From the human T2T-CHM13v2.0 reference genome, Homo sapiens: 64,000 nucleotides of DNA. Both the position numbers and the translations under genes were made by a program. Below the pieces are notes generated by a model. The model worked only from the letters and a program-made list of their open reading frames with translations. It made no database searches and had not been told where the DNA came from. The stretch lies in the NCBI RefSeq assembly GCF_009914755.1, contig NC_060940.1; one strand, 5' to 3'. Positions 48,501-64,000 of this stretch are shown here, piece after piece (position 1 is the first letter of the stretch; the number at the start of each line of letters is the position of its first letter).

Positions 48501-51500
48501 CTCAAATCAAAGGCACTGTTGCTTTGGTACCCGCATTTAAGGAGGGAATACCCCAAAAAACTTAAACTTGTGTGGCTTTGCAATGGTGGTGGAGTCCCAA
48601 GATGACACAGTAGGCAAGATTTGATTACTTTGGTTATGCAAATTTCCCCTAGATCTTCTATTAATGACAGTAACAGCGCTTCAGAGCTTTTCTATGCATT
48701 CTCTCATTTGATGAGCCTGCTTTCAGGTGGAGAAATTGTACCATTGCTGAAAATAGCTTCGCTGACAGTTAGGGCAAGCTTCATTGGTAGCAAGTTTCTA
48801 TCTGGAAAGATGTAGGAGAGGAACACTGACTCTGGAAGCAGACGTGACCTAGTTTTGAAACCTGGGATAACCACTTCCTATCTGTATGACCCGAGCAAGT
48901 TACTTTCCTTCTCAGAACTCCTGTTCCACCTCTGTGCAATATGGACAGTACTCCTACTTTGCAAAGTTGTTAAAGATGGGAACTCCAGAGTGCCCAGGGA
49001 ATTGTCTACTCATCATTGCAGGCGTTTAATAACGTGTAGCCATTTCTGGAATGGGAGGCAAGAGGATCGAGTTACCAGTGAAATTAGTTTGGTATTTTCC
49101 TAGCTTCCTGGTTCCCAGATCCTCAAGAGGCTGCCATAATCTCTGTGAATTTGTCCTAAAATGACCTGTATAAATAACTGCTTTAGACACTGGCTTGTCT
49201 TTGGTATGAAGGAAAACATTTTAGAATTTTTTTGGCTGGAGGTCAGTAGCTTTCATCCAGAAAAGAATAATCAACGGAAAAAAAAAAAAAACCACCGAGA
49301 CGAGGTTATTTTTGTTACAGTCAAGGAACAAAAAGGGATATATTAAACTTGGGGGAAAAAGAGAAGGAAAACTATTATTCTTTAAAACCGTTATACCATG
49401 CATCATGGTAACATCTTTTTTACTGAGAGTTCTGCATTAGCACACTTGTTCACCCAAGTTTGTGATAGTTTATAGGACTGCCTGGTGTATTAAGTAGAAA
49501 TGCTCAACTTTGCTGTCCTATTTTTTTGATCATATCCAAAAAGTGTCAGTGTTTGAATATAGTTTTATTGCCACTTAAAAAGGTAGGACAGTTTTATTGG
49601 CGTCTACTGGACATGGTAGGAAGAGAGCTGTAATTTGACACAGATTGTCCTTAACTTGGGTGACTTAAGGCAAGTCACTTAACCATCTGAGCCTTAATTT
49701 CCTCGTTTGTAAATTCAAGAGAATAATAACTTCTCTGTCACATACTGTTTTGTACAGATCAAGTAAAACAATGTGTGAAATGCTGTAATGAAGAAGTCCA
49801 ATAGTGTATGAATATAAGGTTGCTGGCGTTTGGGGAAAAATCATAGTTATAGAAGAAAGACTCCTAAAGGGAAGATTAGGGTTGGAAGAAGATGGAGGAA
49901 GAGAGTAATTTAATTCCTTAATGGAAAGAATAAAATAAGAGCTCTTGACTTTTTTTTTTTGTTGTTGTTAGGATATGGGGAGAGGTTTCTGCAAATATCT
50001 TCTTCAGGGTTTACGAAGTGAACCGGATGTCCGGTAACAGGGTTGCATGTCATGCAATTGACTGGGTGGTGATGACTAAAATTTTAATGATGCGATCTCA
50101 TTTAAAGTTGACAGGCTCTGACTCTAGCCAGATATTCAGGAGCAGAAACTTGATTCAATAAGAAGGGAACCTGCAGAGGCAGAAACTTCTGTGGGTTGCA
50201 GTTGTGTTGAGATTACACAGGTGGAAATGTTGCGAGTTCTTGGGTGATGCGATTTCTTCCTGCTTGCCTTAAGTTTCACCTGCCCAGGTCCTTACTTCTG
50301 CTCACAGTGCAGCACGAATTTAGATACTGATTGGGGATTCAGACACAAACGGGATGCTCCTTGCTTATATAACATCAACAGAATTGCTGGCCACATCTTG
50401 ATTATAGAAACTCTTTTTCCTGGTGATCACACAAAGCAAAAGAATGAAAATAATCAATCTCTTTCAAATGGAGAGACTCCGCTGTGTCAGCCACCATTGG
50501 CTATAAGGATGAACTCTCAAAACTTTTTGTATCTTGCAATATAATGTCTTCCAACTGCCTTTGATTTTACTGTGTGGCTGTGTGATACAGCAAGGCAGCT
50601 GTGGCTTCTAAATTCAGCAGCTAGGTTTGAGAAGCTTCTATCAGCTGAGAGATCATCAGTACATTCCAAATGGCATTAAAAATGCTGTTACAGCTTTATC
50701 TATTAGCAAAGGAAGTTTCAATTCTAAGTTCACGTACAGTTACTAGATTGAGTGTTTGACAAGGTAGAGAGCTCTGTAGTAGATCCATATGGGGAACATC
50801 TCAGTCAGGGTGTGGAGTCAGATTTTTGGCAAGGGATACCATCCTTTCAGCCTGAAAAGCTGACTTGGGAGCTGTCAGCCTGTGTGCACGAGGACCTTTC
50901 TCCTCCCAGGGTTAGCGTCGCCACTTGCCCAGTGTTTCTTTTTTATTTCCTGCTGGCCTGATCCGGGAGGGATTTGGGAAAGCTAGTCTTGTTGGTGTGT
51001 CATCATCGCGACGCTGTTAGTGATTGACTTACCCGAGTGTACACATGTTTGCATCTCACTTGTATGTTCCTTACATGTTTACTTAATTATTGGGAAGGTG
51101 TATTAATGTCCTGTTGCTGCTATAATGGACCACCACAAACTCGGTGCTTCTATGCTGCAAACCTAAGATTATAGGCAGTCATAACACAGTGTTAAGTATT
51201 TGTGTATCTAAACATAGAAATGGTTCAGTAAAAATACAGTGTTGTAATCTTATGGGACTGCCGTTGTGTGTGCAGTCCATTGTCATGTGATAGTGATTAA
51301 GGGAGGTGGACATTTTTGTGTTTGCTTATTTCCATAAGCTCAAGGGTAAAGCTTCCCAATCAGCCTTTAGGACAGAGGTAAGAACTGGTTGGTGGCCTGG
51401 AGCCTGGATCTGGCCTCCAGATGTTTTTTGTATGGACCACACAAAAATGGTCTATAGTGGGATTTTTTTTCTTTTTTTTTTTGTCAGACTACTTGCCAGC

Positions 51501-51564
51501 ATACTAAAATCAGGATATTTTACTTAAATGTAGATTTATGACAGTTTTGAAAAATCAGAATGAG

Positions 51565-52277
51565 TATTGTAGACTAAATGTTTATGTCTTCCCCAAAAAT
51601 TCCTATGTTGAAACCCTAATCTTAAGGTCATGGTATTTGGACATGGTTGTGTCCCCACTGAAATCTCATCTTGAACTATAGTTCCCATGATCCCCATGTC
51701 TTGTGGGAGGGACCCGGTGGGAGATAATTGAATCATGCTGTTCTCACGATAATGAGTGAGTTCTCATGAGATCTGATGGTTTTATAAGGGGCTTTCTTCC
51801 CTTTTGCTTGGCACTTCTCTTACTGCTGTCATGTGAAGAAGGACGTGTTTGCTTCCTCTCCTGCCATGATTGTAAGTTTCCTGAGGTCTCCCCAGCCACG
51901 TGGAACTGTGAGTCAATTAAACCTCTTTCCTTTATACATTTCCCAGTCTTCGATATGTCCTTATAGCAGCATGAAAACAGACTAATACAGGGGCCTCTGG
52001 GAGGTGATTAGATCATGAGGGTGGAGCCCTCATAAGTAAGATTTGTGCCCTGATGAGAAGAGGATAGAAAGGTAGCTAACTTTCCTTAAGCTATGTGAAG
52101 GTGAGAACACAGTGGGAAGGCAGCCATCTGTAACTAGTAGGAGGGCCCTCCCCAAGAACGTGACCATGCTGCCACCTTGACCTTGGACTTTAAGCCTCCA
52201 GAACTGTGTTAAAGACATGTCTGCTATTTAAGCCACTCGGTCCATGATATTTTGTTGCTGCAGCTTCAGCTGACTAT
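51565..52277. mobile_element. MLT1A-like LTR with nested THE1/MST LTR (~51635-51989)
   Basis: TATGTTGAAACCCTAA...; THE1 end GAAAACAGACTAATACA; MLT1 resumes GGGCCTCTGGGAGGTGATTAGATCATGAGGGTGGAGCCCTC. Confidence 0.8.
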
Positions 52278-52602
52278 GGCTTATGTCTATCAAGGAACAT
52301 AGTTGCACTGAGGTTGAACAGAGCTGTTCCTATAGGCTGACCCCCTGTAGGCAGGCACAGGCTATTTTCCATGGTCAGTTTACCTGCCTGCTTCCTGTAG
52401 AGGCTTGAGCTTGGTTTAGAGTCTGCAATGAAAACTGTGTGATGATATTGGACTCACTGGCTCATAGCCACTGCCACGCCCTTATTCAGTCTTTTGTGCA
52501 ATTAACAAACATTTATTGACTACTGAGTACCAGGTGCTAAGACTTCAGTGTAGAAACAGGCAGGGTCCCTGCCCTTGTGGAGGATACAAAACACACCAAA
52601 AT

Positions 52603-52938
52603 GCAGTCAGCTTCACTGAATGACAGAGATATGATCTGAGAAGTGTGTCAGGCAGTGTCATCGTTGTGCGACCCTCATAGGATGTACTTACAAATCCTAC
52701 ATGGTATAACCCATTATACACAGAGGCTGTATGGGATAGCCTGTTGCTTCCAGGCTGCAAACTTGTATAGCATGGTACCGAACTGAATACTATAGGCAGT
52801 CATAACACAATGGTAAGTATTTGTGTATCTAAACACAGAAGTGGTACAGTAAAAATACAGTGTTGTAATCTTATGGGACCGCCGTTGTATCTGCACTCCA
52901 TTGTTGACCAATGTGTTGTTATGCAGTGTGTGACTGTA
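52603..52938. mobile_element. Tigger3a-type MITE
   Basis: CAGTC...GACTG-TA ends; AACACAATGGTAAGTATTTGTGTATCTAAACA. Confidence 0.82.
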
Positions 52939-52986
52939 CCAGCAGCTTGATCTTTGTGCTTCTAGAGAACATTTAAATTGATTCGC

Positions 52987-54087
<1,101 letters not shown>

Positions 54088-54990
54088 TTGATTTTTCTTA
54101 ACCTTTATTTCCAATTATGCATCTTCTGAGTAACTATAAAGAAAAGCAAAATCTACAGTAGGTATGGAGTGAGTGCAGAGTCACCATCAGCTTGAACAAA
54201 TGTGTGTATCTGTGGTCAAGTTTAATTGCTTCTTCTGTAATTTATATTAATCACGCTTCCATTGCTTGCCTTTTGTTAATACGTATGCGGCCATGTGATG
54301 ATTTTTTAAAAGGTCATCCAGCATCTTGATGTCCAGTCCATGCTTATAACCTGAGCAGTTTATGTACTCTTGAGATGGTATGTGCTAAAAATGAGTAGCT
54401 AGTCTGAGTGGCAGCCTTACCCATTTTATTTTGTGGGCAGATTTCTTTTACAGTTCTGGCTGGGTTTCTTTTAGTTGGCTTCTTTGCTTTGCTCCTGTTA
54501 CGACTTAGCCCTGTAGCTCTGGGCTCTTCGATTCTCACGTGCTGATGGTGTAGCTGAGCTCTGCTAATGCTGGTTATTAATCTGACAATCTATACCAGGG
54601 AGGTTTTATAATTGCCATAATTCTTATTTGCTCCATTCCATTTCCCAGCTTCTCAAATGGGGTGGCAGCTGCAAAGCACAGTATTTGAACATGAAGTAGA
54701 GAATCGTCACTTCAGCTTATGATTTTACATTCTGTCAAGGCTGCAGGGAAAGCGGTCATGTTTCTGGATGGTATTTGGATCTACAAATTCCAAGCAAACT
54801 TTTTACTTCTTATTATGTAAAATGGAAGGGTTAGCCAAATTAAGATCTCACCATCAACCTTGAGGGAGTGACTTCTACATGCCGTGTATTACTGGTTATA
54901 AAGCTAGTCTTGTTTGGATTGAAGAATTTAATCATATTTAACTTTTCAAAGGATGCTTTTTAAAAAACCTTATCCGCGTGTTATGTTTAA

Positions 54991-55473
<483 letters not shown>

Positions 55474-58400
55474 TAACCCCTGAGGAACAAATGCTCATGA
55501 CTTTCAATGAATAGAAAAATCAAACTGCTAGAACCTCCAGACTGCATGTCATGCATAGAAGTAGAATCCTGGGGAAGCTAGCTCACAAAAGCAAGGGAGA
55601 TACCTGCAAGGCTGAGCTGAGCTTGCAAGGGAAGAAAAATATTAGAGAGTTGTCACATTTAGAAATAAGTGATTCCAAATTTACAGTCAATGGACTGTAG
55701 ATGCCTTCCATCTTCTTAAGAGATTTTGTGCCTCTTGCACAGGTATTATCCCTAAGATGTGTTTTCTTCAGTGTACCTAGACTGTTTCCTTAAAAAATTG
55801 CTTTTGTATGGTACGGCTCTATGTGTCTGTGTTTCTCATGTTGGTTAGGAGAACTAACCCTTGTGACGAATAAGAAATGGCAAACATTGTTAATGTTGAC
55901 TTTACTAGTTGCTCAAATATTAGCATTGGATTTTAGAGTCAACATGCTAGCAGGATGGCTTTATTTTAAAACCATGTGATAGAAAGCTATCTGCTATTAT
56001 TGATAGCATTTCTGGATGGCTGTCAGAAGTCTTTCTTTAGAAATTTAACCATATTTTTAATGGTGGGCATTGCAGTCAACAATAGTACAGACTTTGCAAA
56101 GACTATTTTTTTTTGGGGTGCAGTGAATACTTCGCACTGCCTGCTGAATTTTACCTATTCTGTAAGTCTTTTTGGGAACCGTTGAGCCCCTTTTCTCTTA
56201 GTTGCCTTTAGCCTTTGTTTTTATTATGGCAATTGGTATGAAATTTTTCCTTTTCATTACTTCTTTTATTCAGAGCACACCTCTGGCTTATCTCTTCATT
56301 CTCTGTTTAGTTTCATATTTTACTTTAATTTCTGTACATCAATATCTGCCATTATAGTATTTAAGCTCTTGGAAACATCAGGCATTTGTTAACTTGTTGA
56401 GAAAATAAAGCACTCCACTGTTGTTATGAGCTGCTTATGGCAAGTGAAAAACTCACAATATTTGGCCAAACTTGGGATCATTTAGGTGTTGTTTGCAATT
56501 AATGGCAGGAGATATTTTCCTTGTTGTTAAGAGTATAACGTTGGTTTTAGAAAGCTTGATCTATGTTTTTCTCCATGTTAGATGTGAAAAGAACCAGGAG
56601 AGTGTGAGGATATTGGTAATATTGTCATATGGTGATCCCACTGTGGATAGATACGCAAGAGAGAAAATCCAGAAGAAAGCATTTCACTGAAGCCTGGGGA
56701 CATTTCTGGTGACAAATGGTGCTGATGGCACAGTGAGAACGGGAGAGGGCAGAAGCAATGCACAGATAGAAAGGGTGTCACCTGCGCATTGAAAAATCCC
56801 AGTGCCATAACAATGCAGTCCCTGCAATACAGACAAACCTGACTCCCACCATTCCTGTAAATGAAGATGGGGCCTTGCTGAGAAATAGAGGATGCAGATT
56901 CCACCCTCAGGCTTCCCGTCTTGGGATGCAGAGAAAACTCACCCACGTGCAACAACTCAAGAGTCGTTATTTACCTAGCAAAGTGTTCACATGACAGTGT
57001 TTGAAATGTACCACGTGCCTTTTCATGTTTAGTTTAGAGCTTGACACTAGAGCTCTACTGTGGTTTACCAAGTGTGAGGGACTATTTCTTTCTGAGAAGG
57101 AGGGGAAGCTTTAGTTTCCTTGAATGTCTAATAGAGTCTGAGTTTCCTTTTAGAAGCATAAAAGACGTACAGTAGGCAGAATCTGGATTTTTAACTATAC
57201 AGTTGCTGAAGTTATCTTCAATTCAAATCTTCTAAATTCAATTTTGTTAATGTTGTTTAGATATTATTATAGAAGCCAGCTTTACTGACTTCTGCACATT
57301 TAATCATAGGAGATTCTTCCATTCTGTGAACTTAGATTTCTTTTTTCTATCCATGACATTTATCTAAATCAGGCTTTCTTTTCTTTCTACTAAATTTTTC
57401 AATTACCAATAGGCTATGAGAATAATTAGACTGACAGTATTACTGAAAAAAAAACAAAACAACAACAACAAACAACAAAAAAAACACCTTCCACTAAAAC
57501 TGACTCAAAAAGATAATAGCAGGGAAAATGACATGTCGGTCTGTGATTCCTTTTTTACTTGTCAGTCCTTTTGGGAGTTGAACATATAAGCACATGTACC
57601 TCTATGTGACTTTTGAGACGTCTAGAATAGAGAATTCACCTTTGTAGCTGGAATTTATTCAGCATGCAAATGTGGGTGGGTGATTGTTTTATAGATGCCT
57701 GGTGTTGAATGATGGGCAGTTGTGATAACTATATATAAAATTATATTAAAGTCCAAGAGGTGCTTTTATGAGGCAGGCTGGAAATGGCATCCGATTTTCT
57801 TATGGCTTTTTCATGTCCATTTTGATGAATCTATTTATTACTTCTATAATGAGTAGTACACATGGTTGGTTAGCCAAGTTATTGAACTTTATCAACCTTG
57901 GCTGAAATTCACAATGCGTGCCAAACTTGTTGTAACATGTAAGAAATTACATCTGGGCTAAAAGGTTCAATAATGATTACTCTTATAATGGAATCTTCTA
58001 CAAAGCAAGGGATTTCATGATATGCCTATGCTTTTAAAAAATTATTGTGATACAGTGAAACAAGGAAGAACGTGTAGCTGGAAAAATAGTATTTGCTTGT
58101 AATATACATTCAGATTCATAATAGGCTTATTTGATTCCCAGGACAGGGTGAGCAAAGGATGCTGTTTCCTGGGTGTCTGCTTTGGTGTTCATTGAGTCAT
58201 GTCTCTCTCTTTAGACCTTACTGGATCTAGTCTTCATCATGGGGCCTGTGAGCTCTTTCAAATCTAGAGGACAAAACCTAATAAAGTGCTGTCATATCAC
58301 ATCTGTTTATGAGTTTCAAACTGAAATGAAATGTGTAGCCGTGTTATTCTTAAATTACAGAGACTTGAGGAACGTAGAGCTTTTTACTCTCACTAGAGAA

Positions 58401-59094
58401 ATCTAAGCACAGGTTGGTTCGTTAACCTGTAAAGAGATGTTTGGGTTTTAAGAGGTCTATCAAATAACACAGTTTCCCTTTCCCAAGTTACTACCTAACT
58501 GAGCAGTAAGACCACCCATTAGGCAAATGGAAGACCAAAACATCACCTGAGTCATTCATGAAGCTGATACTGGAGAATATGTATAGCTGTGTGAGCTGGT
58601 GGGCTTTCTAATCCTGACCACCACAATTAGACAGGGTAATGGGTCAGTGCTAGGTCAGGCCAGACCTTCGCAGAGGGCAGACCCCATTCATGCAGCATGT
58701 TCAAGACAGTGCAGGAGAGCAGGGTGTGTGCTCTCTGTAAGAGGAGAGGAGAGGCAGAGCTGCGTGTGCCCGGTTCTCAATCCTGGAATTACCATTCACA
58801 TACCATTCACAACATAAGTTGGATCAGCTCCCTTGAGCAGGAATAAGTGAGTGGCAGAGGGGGTCAGGGATGTTAACGCAAATGGAGATCCCTTCACCCA
58901 GAAAGACACATCTGAAATGGAGAAGATGCTTTTTTCCTCCTGCAACCAATAAGAGAGTGATGAAAATTATGACGCCTTGGGAAATAAGACTGCAACGTAA
59001 ATGTGTGTCCACCCCCTAGTTTTCTTTTGGATTGTGAATCCTCACCCTCCGATAACTAGACGTGCTGTTTTGACGTCTATGCTTTCCAGCTTGC

Positions 59095-59270
59095 CAATTC
59101 TGGGGCCTGGCACAGTATCTTTCACCCCGGAGTCTCAGTTTCCTCATCTGTAAAATGGGAACCATGACGTCGGCATCACAGAGTTGTGAGAATTCGACAA
59201 GGTGGAATGAAAGCAACTAGTGTGGTGTCTGACCGCTTGCGTTAGTCCATGAGGAATTTCCTTACGTATT
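59095..59270 (+). mobile_element. MIR
   Basis: TCTCAGTTTCCTCATCTGTAAAATGGGA. Confidence 0.8.
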
Positions 59271-61123
59271 GTTTTGTGTCTAGGACCAAGTTCTTATTTT
59301 CTTCTTATGGATGACTTCATATATATGCCGCCACAGAGGGAATTACCGTTTTTCTTTGTAGGTAAAAAGGAGCTGGGTTAAGATGCACCGTCATATGAAA
59401 CAGGGAAAAAGGGTTTGCTTGGGTTTTAGATTCCTGAAACAGTCTGCTGAGGGATTCTGAAGTTGTTGTGGTCTCTGTTCCACTTTGGGAGTTTGATAAA
59501 AATTGGCCTGTTTTATTTGACAGCTCTTAGGTAGTGTGCAAAATTGTCAACAGATAATAAAAGTTTTTTGCAAAGCTATGGCTCTATGTGCTGTACTTGA
59601 GCAGTATCCATACTCTTAATAGAATTGATATATGAAAGCAGGTCTTTTTCCTTATCCGTTTAGACCTAAATCTTATCCATAGTGTGTGGATATCACAAAC
59701 AGCACAAGAGGAAGTGAAAGGAACAGAGTGGGTGAGCAAACCATTGTTCAAAGGAAACAGAACCTCGCTCAAGGAAAATGAGAATTCTTCTGATCAGCTT
59801 CTATAATGGATGCAATGAGGAAAGTTGTCTAGCAGACTGTTCTTGGCCAACTGTCTAAATGGCTCGCTGCATCCTCTTCACGAGAGCTGATGGTAGGACT
59901 GTAGAAGAGTCACAAAACATCACATGACAACGCCAGTCCCTCTGATAATCCTGCAAGAGCCAGCCCAGTTTTGCTGACAGCACAGTCTGCTGTTTAATTA
60001 TTGTGTGTTCAATGACTTACCTCTTTTTAGTTTAATTGAAATTATTTCTCAGATTAAGAGCCATGCTATGATGCTTGCCAACGGATATTTAAAACATGTA
60101 ACTGATTTGTTTTTTGTAATGCTTCAGGAGAACTCAGTTGAGCAGTAAAGATGTGCTCGTGATGTGGTTAGCTCAGAATAAGGATGTGAAAACCAAAAGG
60201 GAAAGGAGGACAGGAGTGAATCTGGCACTTATCTTTCAGTGGGGCCTGAGTGCAAATTCTTCCTACCTTCCATATGAGAGAATAGGGAAAATTAAAGAAT
60301 AAATGTCTCTGGGTTTAATGCAACTTTACTAAGGAATGAAAGTCCGATAAGAATCCATATCTTTTGAAAGAAGATTTTTTAAATTCCTTATTTTTCCTTC
60401 CTGCATGGTCATAAAACACACTGGGGACAGCCCACCCTGAGAAGTCACCAGGCATCTGCCTGCCTTCAGTAGCAATCACCCAACTGCTGTAGACCGTAAT
60501 CAAGCTTTCAAGAACCACGTGCAGCACGCTGCGGGAGAGTCCCAGCGAAGTGCTTAATGCGCCACTCCACGGATGTGAGTGGGGAGCAAGTGCTCAAAAT
60601 GGGGCTTCTGAATTGCAATCATCATTTGGCATCTCTATTACCTACAGCTGCTCAAAGATGTTCCCCCCATGCAACTGTTTCTTGCAACTCCTAACATTTG
60701 CAACGAGGCCTCTGATGCAGACAACCCGTTTATACCTCTGGGTGGTTGAAACCTTCATGGTTTGTTGTAAAGAAAGGTACACAGTCCCACCAATCAGACC
60801 GTATCTAGAATATTACGTTCATTTAGGGGTGGCGCATAGACAGGCTAAAGGATGGCAAAGTCATTGGGTCATGTCCTAGGAGCAACCCTTAAAGGAAGAG
60901 TGAATGGCTGGTTAGTTGGTAGAAGAAAAGATTTATGTAAATTAGTTCTCTCAGTAGCTATCTAGGAGAGAGATAATCCTAGCTTTCTTCAAGGGACAGA
61001 ACCAGGACCAATGGACAGAATCTGCAAGGAGGCAGCATTTAACTGATTAGAATTGTCGGGGGTGGGGTTGGCGAGAGGGTGTTGCTTTTCTAATGATTCA
61101 CATTGTATAAAAAGCAGACAGTA

Positions 61124-61474
<351 letters not shown>

Positions 61475-62124
61475 TTACCTTAGGTTCCTCCAAAAACAGA
61501 ACCAGAGAAAAAGACATATTTATGCATAATTTGGGATGTGATTACAAAGAGAGGGATGGGGAATTCAGGAAGGAAGGAGAGGCAATATAAAAATGTGTTT
61601 TTTAGTTAGTCATTACTAGAGGCAACTAGTGCTCAACTCCAGGCACTTTAGGAAATGCATCTCATAGCTGTCTGCCTGCGGAATAAAGGGCATTTATCCA
61701 CCGGCTTCTGACCCCGTTGGACAAGGGCGTCCCATAAGTTTTGATGTCCCAGAATTTTGGGTTTGCACATGTGCAAGTGCCAAGCAGGTTCTTGTAGGCA
61801 TCCCATGCTGCAGAGTCAGAGAATCTCTAGGATGGAAATGGGGGGATCCATATTGTAGCCCCAGGTGAGGCCATCTGGTTGCATTTGTGTCAAGTTGGTT
61901 GAAAACTGCATGGTGGGCGTAAAAATGGTTTGAGTAAAATGGAGCTGTGAGAATTTGAAGGGGTGCATGAGAGGTGCCCGATACAGTCCACCCCCTGCAC
62001 CATGCTCAGGTCTCTTAAGAGTAAGCAGAATCTACCACAGTGTATCCTTAAAGTTAAAAGGCTCTCTGATGGGACTATAAATGAGTCCCAGTTTGATGAA
62101 TTCTGGGGCTTTAGCCTTTTCTGC

Positions 62125-62604
62125 TGTGGTATTAGTTTTCTGGGGCTGCTGTAGCAAAGTACCATAAACTGGGTGGCTTGGGACAACAGAAATTTATTGT
62201 TTCCAAGTTCTAGAGGCTAGAAGTCTGAAATCAAGGTGTTGGTAGGGCCATACTCCCTTTAAAATGTGTAGGGAAGGACCCTTCCTTGCCTCTTTCAGCT
62301 TCTGGTAGCCCTAGATGTTCATTGGCCTGTGGCAGGGTAATTCCAGTCTCTGCCTCCATCTGCACAAGCCATTCTCCCTGTATCTTTTCACATCATCTTC
62401 CCTCTATTACTGTTTGTCTCTGTTTTCTGATCTCCTCTTCTTCTAAGGGTGACAGTTTTACTGGGTGAGAGCCCACCTTAATGCCCTCAGTTTAACTCGA
62501 TGACCTCTGCAAAGGCCCTGTTTCCAAGTAAGGTGACATTCTGAGGTACTGGGCTTAGGACTTCAACATATCTTTTTGGGGGGACACAATTAGACCAATA
62601 GCAA
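62125..62604. mobile_element. MLT1C-like MaLR LTR
   Basis: GTATTAGTTTTCTGGGGCTGCTGTAGCAAAGTACCATAAACTGGGTGGCTT...GGACTTCAACATATCTTTTTGGGGGGACACAATT. Confidence 0.82.
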
Positions 62605-64000
62605 CTGTGCTATAAAAGAGATGTTGCTTTTTATCATTGATGCTATCCAGATGCATAGCAATCATTCAACAAGTCATTCGAAAGAAATAGGTATTTCCTG
62701 AGGGTCTAGTATGTAACTCAGCTCTGCTCTAGGACCTGGTGATTACAGCAGTGAACAAAGTGCTCCTGCCTACGTGCAGCTTACTTTCTTATGGAGCATG
62801 ATTTTCAGAAGTAATTGTTCTTTTGCCTCGTTATCATCAGACATTAGGAACCAAGGGGGGATTGCCTGCTTTTGGATCACAGAGCAAGCTGCCTTGAGCA
62901 AGTGAGTTCGAATTGCAAAGGTGTTTAAGCATAGCTTGGTGGCTGCTTAGTGAGGATGTTGCAGAGGCAATTTAAATGCCGAGCAGGGCTTTGGGTTTGT
63001 GATGGTTAAAGTCCATTTCCACTGCGGAGATGGTATGATTGTACAAATGGACAGGTTCTGGGCCTCTGTCTGTTTTGTCAAGTATACAACACTTCTGTTT
63101 ATCTTTAAAGGGAACAAATAGTGTTTTCACAGGTCTCTGCTTAAATAAAAAGATTCTAGACCACTGGATGTCAACCCCACCATCCCCCTTCTTTTTTTTT
63201 TTTTTTTTTTTGCATCCTGTACTCCTTTGAGAATATAGTGGAACCTCTGGCCCATTCTACAAGGGAAAAATAAATGTATTCCTAGCCAGGCATTTGTGTA
63301 CAATTTTGTAGGGGAGGAAAGGATTGTTCATAGACACTGAATTAAGAAATCCCTACACTTTATGGGAATTGTAATCATTAGTAGCAGTTACGTAGACATA
63401 CTTCCATTAAATACACATACTTGCTTTAGAGAGTGTGTTTATTCATAAAAATTCATTGAATAGGATTAGGAATAAAAATATGCATAGAAATATTTGTTAC
63501 TTTTTCATTGTAATGGTTTTTTTTGGATAGAAATTTATCAGTGTGTAATTAATAAAGTAGTATTGATTTCAGAATTATACGGTGCTAAACAATGGAAATT
63601 TCCTAAATAACTGGCAGGTAATGGAAAAAAAATTCAGTTACTGACAGCCTGTCATAGTTGAATCTAAGAGCTAGGGGCAAAATACATATATTCTATGTAG
63701 TTTCCATTTCTAGACCCTGGATTTCTAAATTCTTCCTTATAAAATTTTAAATTTCTTTTTTTTTTTTTAAAGATGGTGCTCCCTAACTGATTTCCTTCAT
63801 TTTATTATCTCATAACAGATTTGATTTTCACAATGAAGGTAATTATTAAAATGCTTCCTTTGGTAGTCAATAAATATAATTAGTTTAAGAAAACTAGAAA
63901 TATTTGTTATTAGAATTAGGTGAACATCTAAGAGTCTTATTTATGGAAGCAACATGGTCAATATTTATGGAATTGAGTTGAGGCTTTGCAACACTTTCAA

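Noticed and set aside
48628-48643. Sox-Oct composite-like CTTTGGTTATGCAAAT
   Set aside because: The spacing and the Sox half do not fit the canonical composite

Overview
Human genomic DNA covering the 5' end of WWOX (WW domain-containing oxidoreductase, the FRA16D fragile-site gene) on the + strand. About 21 kb of repeat-dense upstream sequence is followed by a CpG-island promoter (~21.0-21.95 kb), coding exons 1-4 (107+65+58+179 = 409 nt; WW1, NLS GKRKRV, WW2, start of the SDR domain with TGANSGI), and ~27 kb of intron 4. Exon 5 is not in the window. An AluYb8 supports human origin. The rest is mostly Alu, MIR, L1, L2, MaLR/ERV LTRs and DNA-transposon fossils; nearly all ORF-track entries are repeat-derived noise. 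I see no evidence of a wholly new gene system. The best second-look items are: (i) an exon 3-4 unit that would give a stop-free ORF if circularised; (ii) an intron-1 poly(A) site giving a 36-aa micro-isoform; (iii) a skip-prone exon 2 with a strong internal Kozak ATG (Met114); (iv) a sense solo LTR13A whose poly(A) signal reads GATAAA; (v) a GATA-motif minisatellite upstream of the promoter; (vi) an unexplained ~1 kb insert inside an MLT1 LTR; and (vii) several templated-insertion scars. Repeat boundaries and subfamily names were assigned by eye and from memory of consensus sequences and are approximate.
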